This document shows, in pieces, positions 25,822 through 41,554 of a stretch of 64,000 bases of DNA. The notes under the pieces were generated by a model. The model searched no databases, was not told where the DNA came from, and was given only the letters and a program-made list of their open reading frames with translations. The stretch is from the human T2T-CHM13v2.0 reference genome, Homo sapiens. Position 1 is the stretch's first letter. Each line of letters starts with the position of its first letter. The translations under genes were made by a program, and so were the position numbers. The stretch is from contig CP068257.2 of the NCBI GenBank assembly GCA_009914755.4, positions 28,000,001 to 28,064,000 on the forward strand, given 5' to 3'.

Positions 25822-28800
25822 CCCAACAACAACAACAACAAAAAACCCTCACTGCCAGCTGCCTCTTGAAAGGACAATTCTAAGGCCCTACTGTTAACTG
25901 TTATCAATATATCCTGGGACACAGTCATTGCTCATTGACAGCAGTGATCCCACATTGGTCCAGCTGCTTTCTGGAGTTTTTGCCACAGAACACTCATGAC
26001 CTTGTTCACAGTAGTATTGACCTTCTTAGTCTAGCCTAGTTGTTCTTGGCAATGATGATCTCTTAGATCTTGATGGGTGAAGTTATCATGTACGGCCTGA
26101 GCAGCACCAAGGCCATATTTTAGTTTGTCTTGTGAGTCCTCAATGAAGTCTAGGTAAAGATGACCAGGACGTAGCTCATAGGGGTCTAATGGCTGTGGTT
26201 GTTGACAGAGTCATTCTACAAAATACAGGGAAAGTCTTTGGCTCAGAATCTTCCAACCACACATGGAGTTATCTTAAGAAGCCTGGACCATATTTCAGTC
26301 TGATCATTTCCTGGAAGGCAATGCAGAGCTATGGAGACAGCAATGAAAAATTCCTCTCCACAAATTCTCAGCAACCATCACTAAGGGAAATCCATATGCC
26401 ACACATAATTGGTCTGCTGCTACTATTGTGGTAACAGAAACTCAAAATGGAACCTGGAGTGCTACTGAGCAACTTTGAGGTGTTCTTGTAATATTTATAT
26501 GGTTTTTTATTACTGCTTTTTTTCCATTGAAAAATAGGTATCTTAGAAGTTTATACTGACTAAGCCGAAGTGTATTTCTCTTTTTATAGCCTTTCTCAAT
26601 ATCAGGATAAATTCTAAACCACCAGACATGGTTTGTAATCAATAATTTCAAGTGAATAACTTCCAAATGTGTGAACATGCAATGTGGCTAAAATAATGGT
26701 TTTACCTCAAGATAGAAATAAGGTATTTTTGGCACAGGAGTCTTCAGAAAACCAGGTGAATGATATCAAGTCTCCGAGCAGCAATTTTAAGATGAAAGTT
26801 TGAGCTTCAGTGTGTAGCTCTTTTTTATTTGCTAACTGTAATATTTTAGGCTGCATCTATACTATCCTCTGAGCCAGATGCCTCTTTGGCCATGCAATTT
26901 TTAATGGTGGTCATCAGTAGAACAAGATGGATATAAGACAGTCTTTAGACCAGTGTTTATTGCTATAGAAAGTACATTCATGCCACATTGAATGATTATA
27001 GCTTACATCTACAAAAGTAATAGTGGAATATACAGAAAATAGCATTTGACACCAGAAAAATCCTGATATACAGAAAGATATCCATCTACTTATGGAGGGG
27101 ACCAAATAATGGTTCTCTAAAGATGTCTACGTCCTAATTCCAGAACCAATGGAATATGTTCCTTTACCTGGAGATGGATTTTACAGATGTGAATAAATGA
27201 AAGATTTTGAGATGGGGAGATTTCTCTGAATTATCTAGGTAGGCCCAATGTAGTCACAATGAAAACAGCAGGGTCTTAAGGCAGAGAAGGTGTAAATGGG
27301 AATGCGTAAATAGAAGGAGAGAGAAAGATGGAGTGTGATGCGGGGCCACAAGACAAGGAATGAGGACGGCCTCTGTGAGTAAGAAAAGGCAAGAAGTTGG
27401 ATTTTCCCCAGAAGTTTCCAAAAGGAAAGCAGACCTGCTAACAACATGATTTTAGATTTCTGATTTCTGTAACTGTAAACAAATATATTGTTAAAGCCAC
27501 TAAATTTGGCTTAAACAGCAATAGAAAACCAATACATCTCATTTTCTCATCTTTCTGTGATTATGGCATATGAAATCGCTGTAACCCTAACTCCAGTGAT
27601 TGGTACATTACTCCAGCTTTGGTAACGTCAAAAACATGTATCAAGAGGAAAAATTGACTTTTTTCATTTGAGGTTGACAACTTGCTAAGTTCCTCTGTTT
27701 CCCTCCATTCACTTACACGTGTTAACCACATGCATGTACACAGGTGATAAGCTAACCACAAGTCTAGGGTTTTTCCTTGGATTTGAAAACTGTGCTATAT
27801 GATGTATAAATCCAGCCCCTTTTTCTCCTGCCTCCAAGTTAAACTAAAGAAAAGCAAAAGATATTCCACAAAGAGTTGATGAATTAAATAACTGTACTAT
27901 TTGGAAGTTCTTCTCAGTGTTAACTCCTTTATAAGCTTCTCTCCTTAGAGGTATGGTCTGCAGGAGAAAGGAAGCTCATACTAATAGATATTAATAAAAG
28001 GAGTGCAAATCATTGGGGTTTAGTTTAGCTTGGAAGATGATCCTACTAGAAGAGCCAGATTGCATCACCCAGGTGCACAACAGATGAGATTATGCTATTT
28101 AAGGAGTGCAGACTGTTGAGAACAGAGCAGGAAAAGAAGTTTTCCCATGGCAGAATGAAATAGGCAATCTGGTAAACAGGAGAGAATGGAACTTTTGGGG
28201 CAATTACATGAAACTAAAAAATAACCTCTCTGCAACATCTAGGGAAAATTGGTGGAAAGATGATATGTAAGAGAGAATACGGAGGAAACAAATTTTAACA
28301 GCAAATTATTGAACAAAATCTAGAAGCTGGAAGGTAACAGAATATTTTGAATTATTATCTACCCCAGATGATTCAGTGTAATCTTTTTGCAACAAGCTTC
28401 TTTGATAATGATGTTAATGAAAACTATACCTCAAATTTGCTTGAAAGTCACCTTTTGAAGGAGAGACAGGGGTGCAGCCATTAAATGGTGATCTTGCTGG
28501 TCTCACGAGATCTCTATTGCCCAGTAAAGTCTTCATGAGTCTGGGGCCTGATCTTCAGCTTTTTGGGTGACTTGACTTTGTTAATTTATCTGAAAACTAT
28601 CAGGCTTAAAAAATAATTTATATCAGTGTTTCTTAGTATATTATTAGAACCACCAAGAAACTTCTCCAAAATACCAATGCCTGAGCCTCATTCCTAAATA
28701 TTCTGATTTATTTTGTCTGGGATATGTTTCAGGCATTGATAGTTACTAAAAACTCCCCAGGTGATACTTATGTACAGCCAGTGCTGAGAACCACTGATTT

Positions 28801-31639
28801 ATATTAACCAAGCTCATATTTTTAAGCTACAACAATAATATTCACAGCGACTGCTTGCTGAGTGCCACAACACGATGTTCACTACAGTAATAGGTTATTG
28901 ACATTTAATTGGAGAGGAAGTGTTATTCCTAATTTATAGATTTTAGAGATAAAGCATAGTTATAGTATTTGAACCCAGGTTTGATTTCAATCTTGGGATC
29001 TTAGGACTTTATTAATTTCTTAATTGATAATAGGAGGTGCAAGTGGCAGGAAAATTAATAATTTGCACAAAATTCTGCTGGAGTTTGAGATCCCAAATAA
29101 AAGCATATGGTTATTTAAGACCAAAGTTAGAACCACAGGAGTCAAAGCTTTATCTTAAGTAGGATGCATCAATCCACCTGCCAGAGTTTGTTAAGTTTCC
29201 TGTCTACCCGTGAGGGAGCCTCCTGTATAAATGCTGGACTCAGCTGTGAAAGGCCCTTGGATGATGTTCCAGGGACTAGGAGGTGCTTAACTCACAGTTC
29301 TTCTTCTGTAAGAATTCAGACCTACCTTGATCTCCTATTATGACATCCCTGGAGATATTAGAATTAATTAGATACAGCTTTTCTTGTGATTTTGAATCCC
29401 TTTAGGTCACATTTGGAAAGAACTTTAATCTCCTTAATGGAGTAAGAAAGGATAGTTTCTAAAATTTGTAACAGATTTTTTTTGGCTAAAAGGGTATATT
29501 AGACATAATAGATATTTTTGCAATACATGTTATAATGACAGTGGGGACAGATGTGGAGAGCTCTGCATGGCCTGCTAAGAAATGTGTCCTTTATTCTTAA
29601 TGCAACATCCAGGGTGGAGAGGGTGGCACTCAGCAATTTCAAACATGGAGGTATAAAATCAGATGTTTTACTCAGAATGACTAGTGTTTTAGACTATGCA
29701 GAGGATGGTTAGGAAATAGGAGGGGAAAGGAACTTGTGGCAGAGAGATCAATTATATTAGTGGAGAAGGAAGATGATGAGAGATAGAGAAAAGGAGATTG
29801 AATCTGAAACATATTCCGAGGGCAGAATCTCCACTGTTTGCTAACTAATGAATGTGAAAGGTGAGAGCAAGTAAGGTGGATTTCTTGGTTTCTGGCTGCA
29901 GTAATTGGATGAAATTTCTAGTTACCAAGAAAGGGACAGAGCAGGAGAAACTGGTTGGTTGGGGGAAGAACAAAGAGGATGCAAAGTGTTAATTCTAGCA
30001 TGGAAATGTAATTACATTAGGTGAGATCTCAGGGAGACTTGGTATGTTAGGCTGAGAGGAATCTTGGAAATCATTTTTATGATGTAGAGCAGGGAGTGAT
30101 GTCGTGATACAGAGTTGGAATTGGGAAGCCAGTTCTAAGAATTGTATCACACCTGTAGTTTTGCCTACACAAAAGACTACTGCTACTAATGACAATGATA
30201 ATCTCTAAGTGGAATATTTTATATATTGGTGCTGAGCTTAATGCCTTATATTTAATACATTGTCACATTTAAATTTTCTCAAATAATGTGACATATGTAC
30301 TAATACATTCCCTTTTTAGAGAAGTGGAAAATAATGAATCACCTGAACCTTCACTAAATAATGATCTCGTCTAACACATTAGAGTTTTTAATGATATTGT
30401 AATTCCCATTTCACCCTAGAAGATTCTTTGGCACATAGAACTCTACGGGCCAAAAAAAAAAATCTGGCACATAATTTGGCTGGATAAATGATGAAAGTTA
30501 CATTTCATAGGATTACCCTTATAGCAGAGAGGATTTGGCTAACAGTCATGGGAAAAGTAGGAAGGAAGGATCCTTTTGATAAGATCTTGCATTTATGAAG
30601 TATTGAGGAAGTAGATAAGGTTAACCTAGCAAAGTAATTTTTAAACCACTTTAGTATGCAGGCTTCTTTAGAAAATCTGACGGACACTACAAACCCTTTT
30701 CCACAAAAAAGGCACACCCAAGAGCATGCACCTTCCTACAATTTTGAATAAAGCTGAAGTTTGTTGATCCAATAGGCTTAAGATGTGCCCTGACATACAT
30801 ATCTTCAAATACTTTTAACAGTTTCTTCTAAAGTTCCCCTGCTTCCACTGCAAGGAAAATTTTTCTTATCTCCTACTATAGTCAAAAGTTGATATAACCG
30901 GGATTAAGCATTAGAGCATTTTTGAAGCATATGCATATATGGTTTTTCTCGCTTCCCAATTCAGGTTGAAGCAAATCTAAGTCCTTTCTTAAACTGACTT
31001 TTTGGAGGCCTTTGAGAATCCTCAAATGGATATCCTGGACACTAAGAATATGGGCAAATTGCACACACCTTTAGTAAATTGTTGGTTATCCACAAAGGTC
31101 AATTAATTCTTGTATACATTTAATAATATACTCGTAACTATGAACCGCTCCGTACAACTAAAACTAACTATGTGTTCAGGGAATATAAATAGATTTTAAT
31201 ATCAGCCTGAGAGAAACATAATTACGATGAGAATGTACCGCCAAAGTAATTATATAACATACTACAAATTATCATCAAATTAGTATAAATTGAGATTCAT
31301 CATCATTACATTGTCAGGATTTATCCAAAGTAATGAACTTATCAATTAACTGGCTCAAAGACTATCAAAGGACTGGAGAAACTTTAAGAAAGAATGAACT
31401 GCTTAATTAATTTCCCATTTCTTTGAAAGCCTACTAAGTACAAGCAAGTTCTTTATATCTAAACGCTAGTAAGAGGATTCTTGGTCACGTGTATGCATGG
31501 AAGCTCAGAGCTGATGGAAATATTAGCAAGCTTTGATAATTTTGTTTACAGATGAGGTCACTGAGTTGAAGAGGCATCAACAGAATTTCTCAAAGTTGCC
31601 TGTTTACAGGATGTGAGCAACATGGGTGATGTGAACATC

Positions 31640-31730
31640 ATACTCTGATCTGAAATTCCAGACCTGTCACTGAGTGTGTGACCTGAAGCCTCATTTTCCT
31701 CATCTATGACAAAGACTATTTTGAGAGGAT
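31640..31730 (+). mobile_element. MIR SINE fragment. An additional inverted MIR-core-like piece lies at ~31560-31600
   Basis: CCAGACCTGTCACTGAGTGTGTGACCTGAAGCCTCATTTTCCTCATCTATGACAAAG. Upstream, GTTTACAGATGAGGTCACTGAGTTGAAGAGGC is in the opposite orientation. Confidence 0.35.
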
Positions 31731-31957
31731 AAAAAGAAATCATTCCAGTCAAACACGTAGCATATTATGCATGCAGTAAATACCAGATAAATGGTAGTTA
31801 TTTTTTTCTGTTAGGGAAAAAGCAGAATTTGCAAATGGGTCTCCCAACTTTCAGTCTAAGATTCTAATCACAGTCCCTCACTGGCAGGAACATACCTATA
31901 TAAAAAACCTGCACATGTACCCCTGAACTGAAAACAAAAGTGAAAAATAAATAAATA

Positions 31958-32268
<311 letters not shown>

Positions 32269-32724
32269 TAATTAAAAAAAGAAAGTAACTTGATGGTATT
32301 AGGCCAATTTGCAAGCACTGGATAATTTTACACTTGTTACATTCATTTTCAAGGTCTCTTTTTGCCTTAATCGGGCAGAGATTTGGGTTTTTATTCTTGT
32401 TGTTGCTTCCACTGTTGTATCTCCAACACCTTCAATCAGTGCTCAACAAATAAGTATTGAATAAAAAAATAAATTTCTCTATGATATCCCTACCACATTC
32501 TCTACTGGGCCATTGGACATTTGATACAATTCACATTTCTTAAGGAATTGTGTAAAGCTAGACATGATTAGATGTTTGAGAATAAAATGAAACACCTTCG
32601 TTCAAGAAGTGCAAGGCTTAACTAAAATACGTTTCAGGTTGCAATAAGACGAGAATCAGTTGACATCTTGTTGTACACAACAGTAGCAGAAGAGGTTACA
32701 TTTTTTTTCCTTTCAAAGCCTCAG

Positions 32725-32800
32725 ATAAGTTTTAAATCCCAGACCTGCCACTTGCTAGCTTTGTGACCTTGGGCAAGTTACAAAATCTCTCTGGGCTCTG
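32725..32800 (+). mobile_element. MIR SINE fragment
   Basis: CCAGACCTGCCACTTGCTAGCTTTGTGACCTTGGGCAAGTTACAAAATCTCTCTGGGCTCTGTCAGTTTCTTC. Confidence 0.35.
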
Positions 32801-35434
32801 TCAGTTTCTTCTATCCAGAATGTTCTCATAAAAATTAAATGACTGATGCATTTAAGCTGCTTAGCACAGTGCCAGCATACGGTACGTGTTCAGTATAAAA
32901 TGGCCCCTGAGGTCTTCGGCCTTTTCTATGTATTTATGATGAAAAAAATGATTGACTTATAGATCTGACTTAGTGGGCACATGTTTACCATCCCTTAGCA
33001 TAGTGTGCCATGCTTGACTTGATGTTTTCTATAGTGAGAGATCACAGCTGATGGTTGCTTCTGTCTTATCTAAGCAAGGGATGAAACCAATTTAAGCATC
33101 TCTGTTTGCCATCATTACAGCCACTGAGCACAACATATATGAGGAGAGAATCAATGCACAAAATTATTTGATTAACTAGCATTGTCATTGCACTTTCTAG
33201 CAGAGGAAGACCAGGCATTAAACAAACAAACAAAAAGCCATTTTCTTCTTTGCCTTGTTTTTATGTTAATTGAAAGAGATTTAAAAAAAAGTGGGTTGGG
33301 GGTGGAGAAAAAAGCAAAAGCATGCAAATGTTGACAGGAGAAAATGCAATATAGCTGTACAAACTATTTTGGTGCTAAATGTTTTATGCAGACTAATGGC
33401 TCAATTATAGCTAAATATTCATTGCCACTAGTGTTGTGGGAGAAAAAATCTCCCTCAATTTGTTCATGTAAAGGAGAGGGCAGGTTTTCTGAGTGGGAAA
33501 CAGCATGTTCATGCTCACCTGCTGGCCATTCTCCAGCTCAGGAAATTGGCCCAGCCCCCAGGGAGCTTCCCATTGAATGGAGCAAGACAGTGCCATCTTG
33601 CTTTTCATCAGAGAACCATTAGGAATGGGTGCCTGAAATAGCGATTTGCTCACTCAATCCTACTATAGATTTAAAAGTGACTAGGCAGTTCTCCAAAGAG
33701 CCAAATTTATTTTCAGGAAGTGAAATCACAGGCTCAAATGCATTACGGTTTCTTAATAGTATAGGATTTCATAGTTGAACAAAGCCTTTCTTTCAGGTAA
33801 CAGGCACGGAGGAGCAACTCACCCAAATGTGCTTGGCAGAGATGAGAGTATAGCAGACTCAGTGGGGTAGAAGAAAATATGACTTTGGGGATGATTTACT
33901 GAAAGAATCTAGAACAGTTCTTGGCTCATTCATTCGTTTGGTTCATTTATTCATTCAACAGAGCTGTACTGAACACTCGTTGTGTGTCAAATGTAGTAGG
34001 TGCTAGGGATTTGGGGGAAAAGGACAAAGAAGGCTTCTGTCCTCTTGGAACTTACAGTGTAGTAAAGGATATGGACAACACATGAGTAAATGTCTTAATT
34101 CACTATGATTTTTATTGTGGTGATAGAGCAAACTAAGTAGAGTGAAGGGATATAGAGAATGAGAAGGGAGCTTCCTCTCTTTTATCTCTTAAGAGATATT
34201 CATGAAGACTTAGGTGGGAATGACTGGGAATTTAGAATGTTCCAGGATTTGGCAACCGCAAGTGCAAAGGCTATGATGTGGGGAGAAAAGGCTGTGTCAC
34301 GTGGCCAGAAAGGATGCCTCTGAAATGGAGCATCGGATACTGGAGGCCAGCAAGAGGAGAAAGAGGCCAGGTCAGGTCATGCGGCCTTGGTGTTTTCTAT
34401 TTAAGTGTATGCTCAGTATATGGTAGATAAAATTGGCTTCAATTTTCAATTGCAAAAGAGGAATAATGCCAATCATATTAAAAGTTATTTGGTCACTTAA
34501 ATGAGATGGTTGCTTAGCACCCAGCATCCTGCTAGGTACAAGTTGAGAATTCCATAGGTAGAGCTTTCTTGCCCTTTGCTTCATTCTTTAAATTCACCTC
34601 CTTTCAGCCACTCCCTCAGTAAAATCACACTCAGTATGAATGAGGGTGTATATGAAGGATAAACAGCGAAGAGTCGGCGAAAGAGTAGTTGGACTTGGGG
34701 AAATGAGAGTGAGGAGGAGCAATGGTTTCCACATTGAAGGCAGGTTAAGGAGAGAGCAGCATCTTTTCAAAGCATCAGGACCCTGCTGCGAGGTGGTGGG
34801 TGGGTAAGTTGGGGAGAGGACACATGCGACCTTCTGGTTTATGGAAATTTTCCAACTGTAGAAATTCATGAAGAAAGTTCATATGAAAGCCCTATCTTCT
34901 GTAGCCTAATCAAGTCTTGACATTCAAATTTCAAATGAATTTTGGGGAAATAACTTCTCAGATTTTCATCATATAGTACTTGTTCAATATGAATAGAAAT
35001 AATTACTTTGCTGGAGTAATTAGCATGCCCAAGAATAACTATAGACTTTTCCCCAATTTTTGCTTTTAGATAAATGTTAAATATCTTTAAAGTGCCTTTG
35101 ATTTCTTCTTTTCTGAAGAATCATTAAAAGGTGGGAAAATATGATAAAGGTGCAGGGAAATGCAGGACAATGATGGAAAACGCACATAAAGAGGGTACCA
35201 CATTGACCTGGCAGAGAAATGTTCTTGGCAGTGATTTCAGCTACCAGAAAAGTAAAAGCTATTAATACTGATCTTATCTAAAGAAGACCAGCAGCATATG
35301 GCTGTGTTTTTTCCAGACATTTCTGAAAGCCTACTTCAGAATAGTCATCCATTCTGCTTGGGGGCCCTTCAGAGTAAAGTGAGCACACAGGCTCTGAGAT
35401 CAGGCAGTCTGGAGACCACATGGCAGCCTAGCCA

Positions 35435-35560
35435 GGCTCAGAGAATGACCTTATATGGGTCACTTATCCTGTCTGAGCGTCAGTTGCCTCACCTCGAAAG
35501 TGAGAATAAGAAACTCACCTCAGGGGGTTGTTTGAGATTGATGCTATGATCATGTAGGAT
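35435..35560 (+). mobile_element. MIR SINE fragment
   Basis: CTTATATGGGTCACTTATCCTGTCTGAGCGTCAGTTGCCTCACCTCGAAAGTGAGAATAAGAAACTCACCTCAGGGGGTTGTTTGAGATTGATGCT, which resembles the MIR 3' half (...CCTCAGTTTCCTCATCTGTAAAATGGGGATAATAATACCTACCTCACAGGGTTGTTGTGAGGATTAAATGAG). Confidence 0.4.
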
Positions 35561-36775
35561 GCCACACACCTTTGTTGGCACCTCTTAGGACCCTCAGTAA
35601 AAGAGGTAAGTCTCCTTCCTTTCCTTTCCTTGGGTAGAAGGATTAGTGGAATGGCAGCCAGAATCAGGACCCAGAACTCCTGAGTCCTCAGCCTCCCTAG
35701 GGAATCTCTTAGCAGACAAGTCTCTTTCTACAGTTTTTTCTCCAGGGCAAATGGAGCAAGTTAAGCTGGATCACATAGAGTGCTTGGGCCTTACTTTGAC
35801 CAGAACAGAAAAGTTCTGATGTCTCCAATATCCCGTTTCAAGCACAGCAGCCTCTGGAGGTTCCAATGAAGCCCCATTAAGCTGACCTGAGTCCTCTGTA
35901 GTTATTCCAAAAAGCGCAATTGCCCTTTTACATGCAATACGGTAGGAATTTCATGATAGGACCTTTAAAAAAGGGTTCTTATCTGCAAAATATTTGCAGA
36001 TTATTAGTCTAGAACGAAAACTGGATAAGCCATCTCTTTAGTGTCTTCCTCCAAGCCTCACAGCCACTCTTAACACTAAAATGATTAGGAAAAGCAAACA
36101 TAGGCCAAAACATGATAAGAGAGAGGATAGAGAGAAAAATGTCTGTGTCAGTGGTTGGTACAAAGCTGAACTAATCCTACTCCCCGCTGTACCAGCTAGA
36201 CATTTCTTGAGAGTGCCATTCTTGGATATTTTGCTTTTGTTTTTGTTTTAATTGTCCTTTGAATGATGTAATCCCCAGGCTACTAGGAAAGAGCTACTTC
36301 TATCAAAGGAACTTCAAGTCCAAATTTAGTGAAATAGAAGAGAAAATCTAGCAGCCCTTCCCTGCCGCCACCATACACTGTTCTTGCCTATTCCAGACCT
36401 GCCTTTGGGAGAGATGTGGCCAGTTATGTGAGACAAATGAGTATCTAGCAAAGAGAAGTCTCATCAGCAAATCATTCTCTTAAATGTAACAGAAGTCCTC
36501 AGCCTCTGTTACAACAGGCCCCTGGGAAGGGATTCTTCTTTGCCTTTTGAGGGCTACACATAAATCTGGGTGTTTTTCTCAGTTCTGACCCACACACTTC
36601 ATTACACCCTTTAATGAACTGTATTAACATTCTTAAATGAAGCCTTATGATAAAGGATTACTGATTGCATTTACTTACCTTTAAAGTTCTTCAGTTGTTG
36701 ACACTACTGCCACATGCTTACTTGCTTTATTGAGAGGAAATTTTAATATCTAAAGATTTGTTAATGTAACTATAA

Positions 36776-37221
<446 letters not shown>

Positions 37222-37891
37222 CTCCAACTTTAAATAGAATTTTTTTTTTTTTTTTTACTCTAATCATCCAGCACATAATAGAAACATTTGGTCAACTTTT
37301 TTGACTGCTGATGTTCAGTGCAAGTAAAAACTCAATTCTGAACTCAACGGCTGCATGGAGGTGCTCTGCAAGTGTGAGATGGAGCACCAGAGAGTCAGGC
37401 CAGATGATTATTTGAAGAGAGCTCTTCCTAGTGATTCAAAATTCCACAGTTCTGCATTCCTGCGAAGGGGTTTATCTACTTATGAAATTACTGGCCCTTA
37501 CCAATCAACAACATAGCAACCCCAGACCTTTAAACAAAGGAGTGCAATACAGCTTGTGTTATTTTAGATAAAAACTTTGCCTATGCCACAATAATGACTT
37601 AAATATAAAGAGATGGCCGGCAGACCACATAAATATAACCTGGATATTTTTTCTTTCTCCCAAATTCAATCATCTGATCTTTTATTAATGCTTCTATTTT
37701 AAACGTCTCACTAGCCTTTCCAGATGTGTATTACAAGATGTTTAGCAGTACCCACTAGTTGCCAGTAGAGTGCCCTGTTCCAAATATGACCCCCCAAAAT
37801 GTCTTCAGACATTGCTCTAAGTTTCCAGAGGGCAAAATCACTCTGGGGTGAGAAGCACCAGTCTGCGCTTTGTTTCTAATTCTGAATTTAC

Positions 37892-38168
<277 letters not shown>

Positions 38169-38499
38169 TAAACTTAAGACCAAGTGCTCAGAAATTATTA
38201 TTCTGTTGTTATTATTCTTTTTTTTTGAACATTACTCATGTCTTCATTTATATAGGATTTCACAATTTACCAAATATTTCTATCCACATTATCTGTGGAG
38301 ACTAACACATAGCAGTTTATTGTCTAGAACAAATTAGAAGAAAGAGGCATCTTTTCTGTAACTGTCCCTGTATACCTTTTTTATTGTGTTTGCAATCCTG
38401 CATGTTTGACAAAAAGGTCTTGCCATGAGGAAGATGTATTTAGGACAAGTCAGGCATTGTGGAAATGAAATCTGGCACAGTCTTTTCAAGAGACATAAG

Positions 38500-38517
38500 A
38501 GAGAGAGAGAGAGAGAT
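38500..38517. repeat. (GA)9 dinucleotide repeat, ~300 nt downstream of the exon 4 donor
   Basis: agagagagagagagagag. Confidence 0.85.
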
Positions 38518-38817
38518 GTTTAATCACCTCAAAATGATGTCCTTCTCTCATCTTCAGCTGGTAGGAGTCACATACCACTCGGTCCACCCATAGAAACACA
38601 CATTTACAACTAAACACTCACATTATGGCTTCAATGAAGCCCCATGAACTCTCTGAGCCCCTTGCCTGTTTAAAAGGGCTCTGAAAATTATAATCTTTAG
38701 CATAAACGGGACTGCTGCAGTTTTATTATGCTGCATTAAGTGAAAACTAGATGGCATTTTTGAAAAATAGAAAATAACATTTATCCCACACCTCCACCTC
38801 CTCCCTAGCCCTCTTAC

Positions 38818-38999
38818 CTGCTTAAGGATTTCAGCGGCTGTTTCATGTGAACAATCAAATATCACATAGAACTCCTTGCCTTTCTTCATCTCCTTGAGTA
38901 AAGGCTTGGCATCTTTATTCCCAGAGGGCAGCTGGCGGATTTTGATTTTAATATTATATCTGGAGGGAGCTTTGATGAGCTCTTGTAGACGAATTAGAC
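38818..38999 (-). CDS. GRIK1: GRIK1 coding exon 4, 182 bp. Encodes (G)[60 protein letters not shown]
   Basis: ORF 38623..39021(-) contains the peptide and then reads through into the intron (VRGLGRRW...). Acceptor is gtcattttctag|GTCTAATTCG and donor is CTTAAGCAG|gtaagaggg. The phase is consistent: ACAG|GT gives Thr-Gly. Confidence 0.92.
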
Positions 39000-40122
39000 C
39001 TAGAAAATGACATGCAATCATGCAACGGAGACTGTTCTGTCGACAGAGTATTGTTTATTGCCATTTAGTTAAACTCGTTTCAACTCCAAAACATACCCAG
39101 TGGCCACCTTCCTAAAGGTTACACTCCTGACTTCCCATTTGTCACTCATCTTCCTGTGGTGGATTATACCATTTTCCCTTTGTGGGTGTGTGTGGCTTGG
39201 AAGCATAATTTTCCCAGGAGCATTTTAAATTTATTTAGAATGCAATTGTCCTTTCCAGCTTTCAGCAAACACCTCCCATCTTTAACAAATCAAGCCTGCA
39301 ACTGTAAAACTTGGTAAACAAAAAGTTGGTTGAAGTTTCCAAAAGTGTTCGATGAAATAGATCACACCTGCTCACTTACAAAGCCGATAGAATATGGAGA
39401 TTTGTCTAGGCTATAAACTTCTGTAAGCCTTTTATTAAGTATTTATATATAACATACCCTTAACCAGCTAATTAATTGGGTTGCTTTATATAATCTTTCA
39501 GTTCATGCCATATAAACTATTTGTAAATGGCTCATGCTCATTACATTTTCTTGCTAATATATTTGAATGTTAACTTGGAAAATCCTACTTGATTTTTTAA
39601 AAAGACCATAGAATTTTTAGAAATTAAGATCATAAAAGCAGAAACAGAATTTAAAAAAAAATTCCCTATTGGTTATTGCAACAAAACATATACGTCCAAC
39701 TAACTTGATGGAGAATGTTTGATTTACCACAGGTGTGGATGTACTGATCTGCACTGTTTCCTAATAGACATGCTTTACTAGGACAAGGAAAGCCGCTGTG
39801 TAAAAGGCTCCCTCTTATGTTCCCTAATGTTAGCAGGTGCTCACTACGCTGCACCTTGGCTCTCACTCAAGAACTTCCATCATACGGAAAAATTGAGTTT
39901 TTTTTTTTGTTGTTTTTTTTTTTTAGTATGCAGTTCTGTACCTTCAGGATTTGTCAGCTTTAGGTAATCAGTAGGGAATATTAAGTTTCATGAGTATTCA
40001 GATGAAAATTGTGATAAGCTCTGTGCAAGATTCAGCATGTATTCCAGCTACTGTCAAAGTCACATTTTTCTTTTTCTTGTTTTATTTATGTAGCTATTTT
40101 TTTTTTTACCAGAAGTTACATT

Positions 40123-40148
40123 TGTGTGTGTGTGTGTGTGTGTGTGTG
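40123..40148. repeat. (TG)13 dinucleotide repeat
   Basis: tgtgtgtgtgtgtgtgtgtgtgtgtg, preceded by a T-rich run. Confidence 0.9.
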
Positions 40149-40308
40149 GCTCAGATGAGGAAAGGTTTCTCTACCACCATAGTTAGGTTTGATTCTGATG
40201 TACAATAAATTTATAATGATATTGAACTTCAGAGTTAAATGTGTAGGAGTAGTAGAATGGGAGGGTGGTTGCTGTAGAACCTTATCAAGATTTAGTGCTC
40301 ATTATCTG

Positions 40309-40675
40309 ATATGGCTTGGCTCTGTGTCCCCACTCAAATCTTATCCCGAATTGTAATCCCCATGTGTCGGGGGGGAACTTGGTGGGAGGTGATTGGATCA
40401 TGAGGGCGGATATCCCCCAGGCTGTTCTTGTGGTAGTGAGTGAATTCTCATGAGATCTGATGGTTTAAAAAAGTGTGGCACTTCCCCCCTTGCTCTCTCT
40501 CTCTCTTCTGCCAACATGTATGACATTTCTTCCTTCCTGTTTACCTTCTGCCATGATTGTAAATTTCCTGAGGCCTCCCCAGCCATGTGGAAATATGAGT
40601 CAATTAAACCTCTTTTCGTTATAAATTACTCAGTCTCAGGTAGTTCCTTATAGCTGTGTGAAAATGGACTAACAC
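40309..40675 (+). mobile_element. Second THE1/MST-type (MaLR) solo LTR copy, more diverged
   Basis: CTGATATGGCTTGGCTCTGTGTCCCCACTCAAATCTTATCCCGAATTGTAATCCCCATGTGTCGGGGGGGAACTTGGTGGGAGGTGATTGGATCATGAGGGCGG...CTGCCATGATTGTAAATTTCCTGAGGCCTCCCCAGCCATGTGGAAATATGAGTCAATTAAACCTCTTTTCGTTATAAATTACTCAGTCTCAGGTAGTTCCTTATAGCTGTGTGAAAATGGACTAACACA. An internal (CT)8 lies at 40495-40510. Confidence 0.6.
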
Positions 40676-41554
40676 ATGAATCTTTTCTCTTTTTACACAA
40701 AGATTGAATTGCTAGAATAGTACGCTTCCTGGATTCTTGCTCCTTTTCAAATCAGTCAACTGAAGTCCCTCAGGTACTTATAATCACCTGCTTGTCTTCT
40801 CACTTCCACAGCCACGTCATGAACTACTGAGGAGCATTAAAAATGAAACAAAATATAGAACGTGGGTTCGTATATTTGTTATTTGTAATATGTGTTAATC
40901 TTTGAAATAATCCTATGATGTAACCATTATTACTATTATTATTTAAATGAGGAATTCAGGGCCCAGAGTAGTTAAGTAACTTACAAAGATAGTTAAGAAG
41001 AATCCTGGATTAAAATTGCTGTTTGTGAATCCAACACTTAATCTTTTGACGTCACCATCCTGCCTTATAAATACAAATTGTTGGTGCTGAGGGAACAGAT
41101 ATGGCTTAGGACTTGTTGATGAGATGGGGAAAAAATAGAGACTCCAGGCTGCCTGAGTTTCTCTCCTGTTTTCTGTTACCACCCACCTGCTTTGCAATCA
41201 CATAGATTTTTTTTTTTCATGACCATGACCACAAGGGACAGTTTAATGTGGTCTCTAAATAACATTGGGAAAACATTTAAAAAGTGCATTTTGTGTGCTT
41301 CAATGAACTGCTCTCTTTTTCTGTGTTGAATAGAATGTCACATCTTTCTATCATGATGACTTACATATTTATAGGATTTAAAGTTGACATATATTTTCTC
41401 ACTTCTTTCATTTATTTTTATGGGAAAACATTTGCTGGATGCTCATTAGATGCCAAGCTTCATGCTAAGCCCTGGGGATGCAAGACAACACAACCTGCTT
41501 CAAAGTCCTCACAGCCTGTAGGATAATTTTGTCCTGTCAACTCTCTTGAGGTAG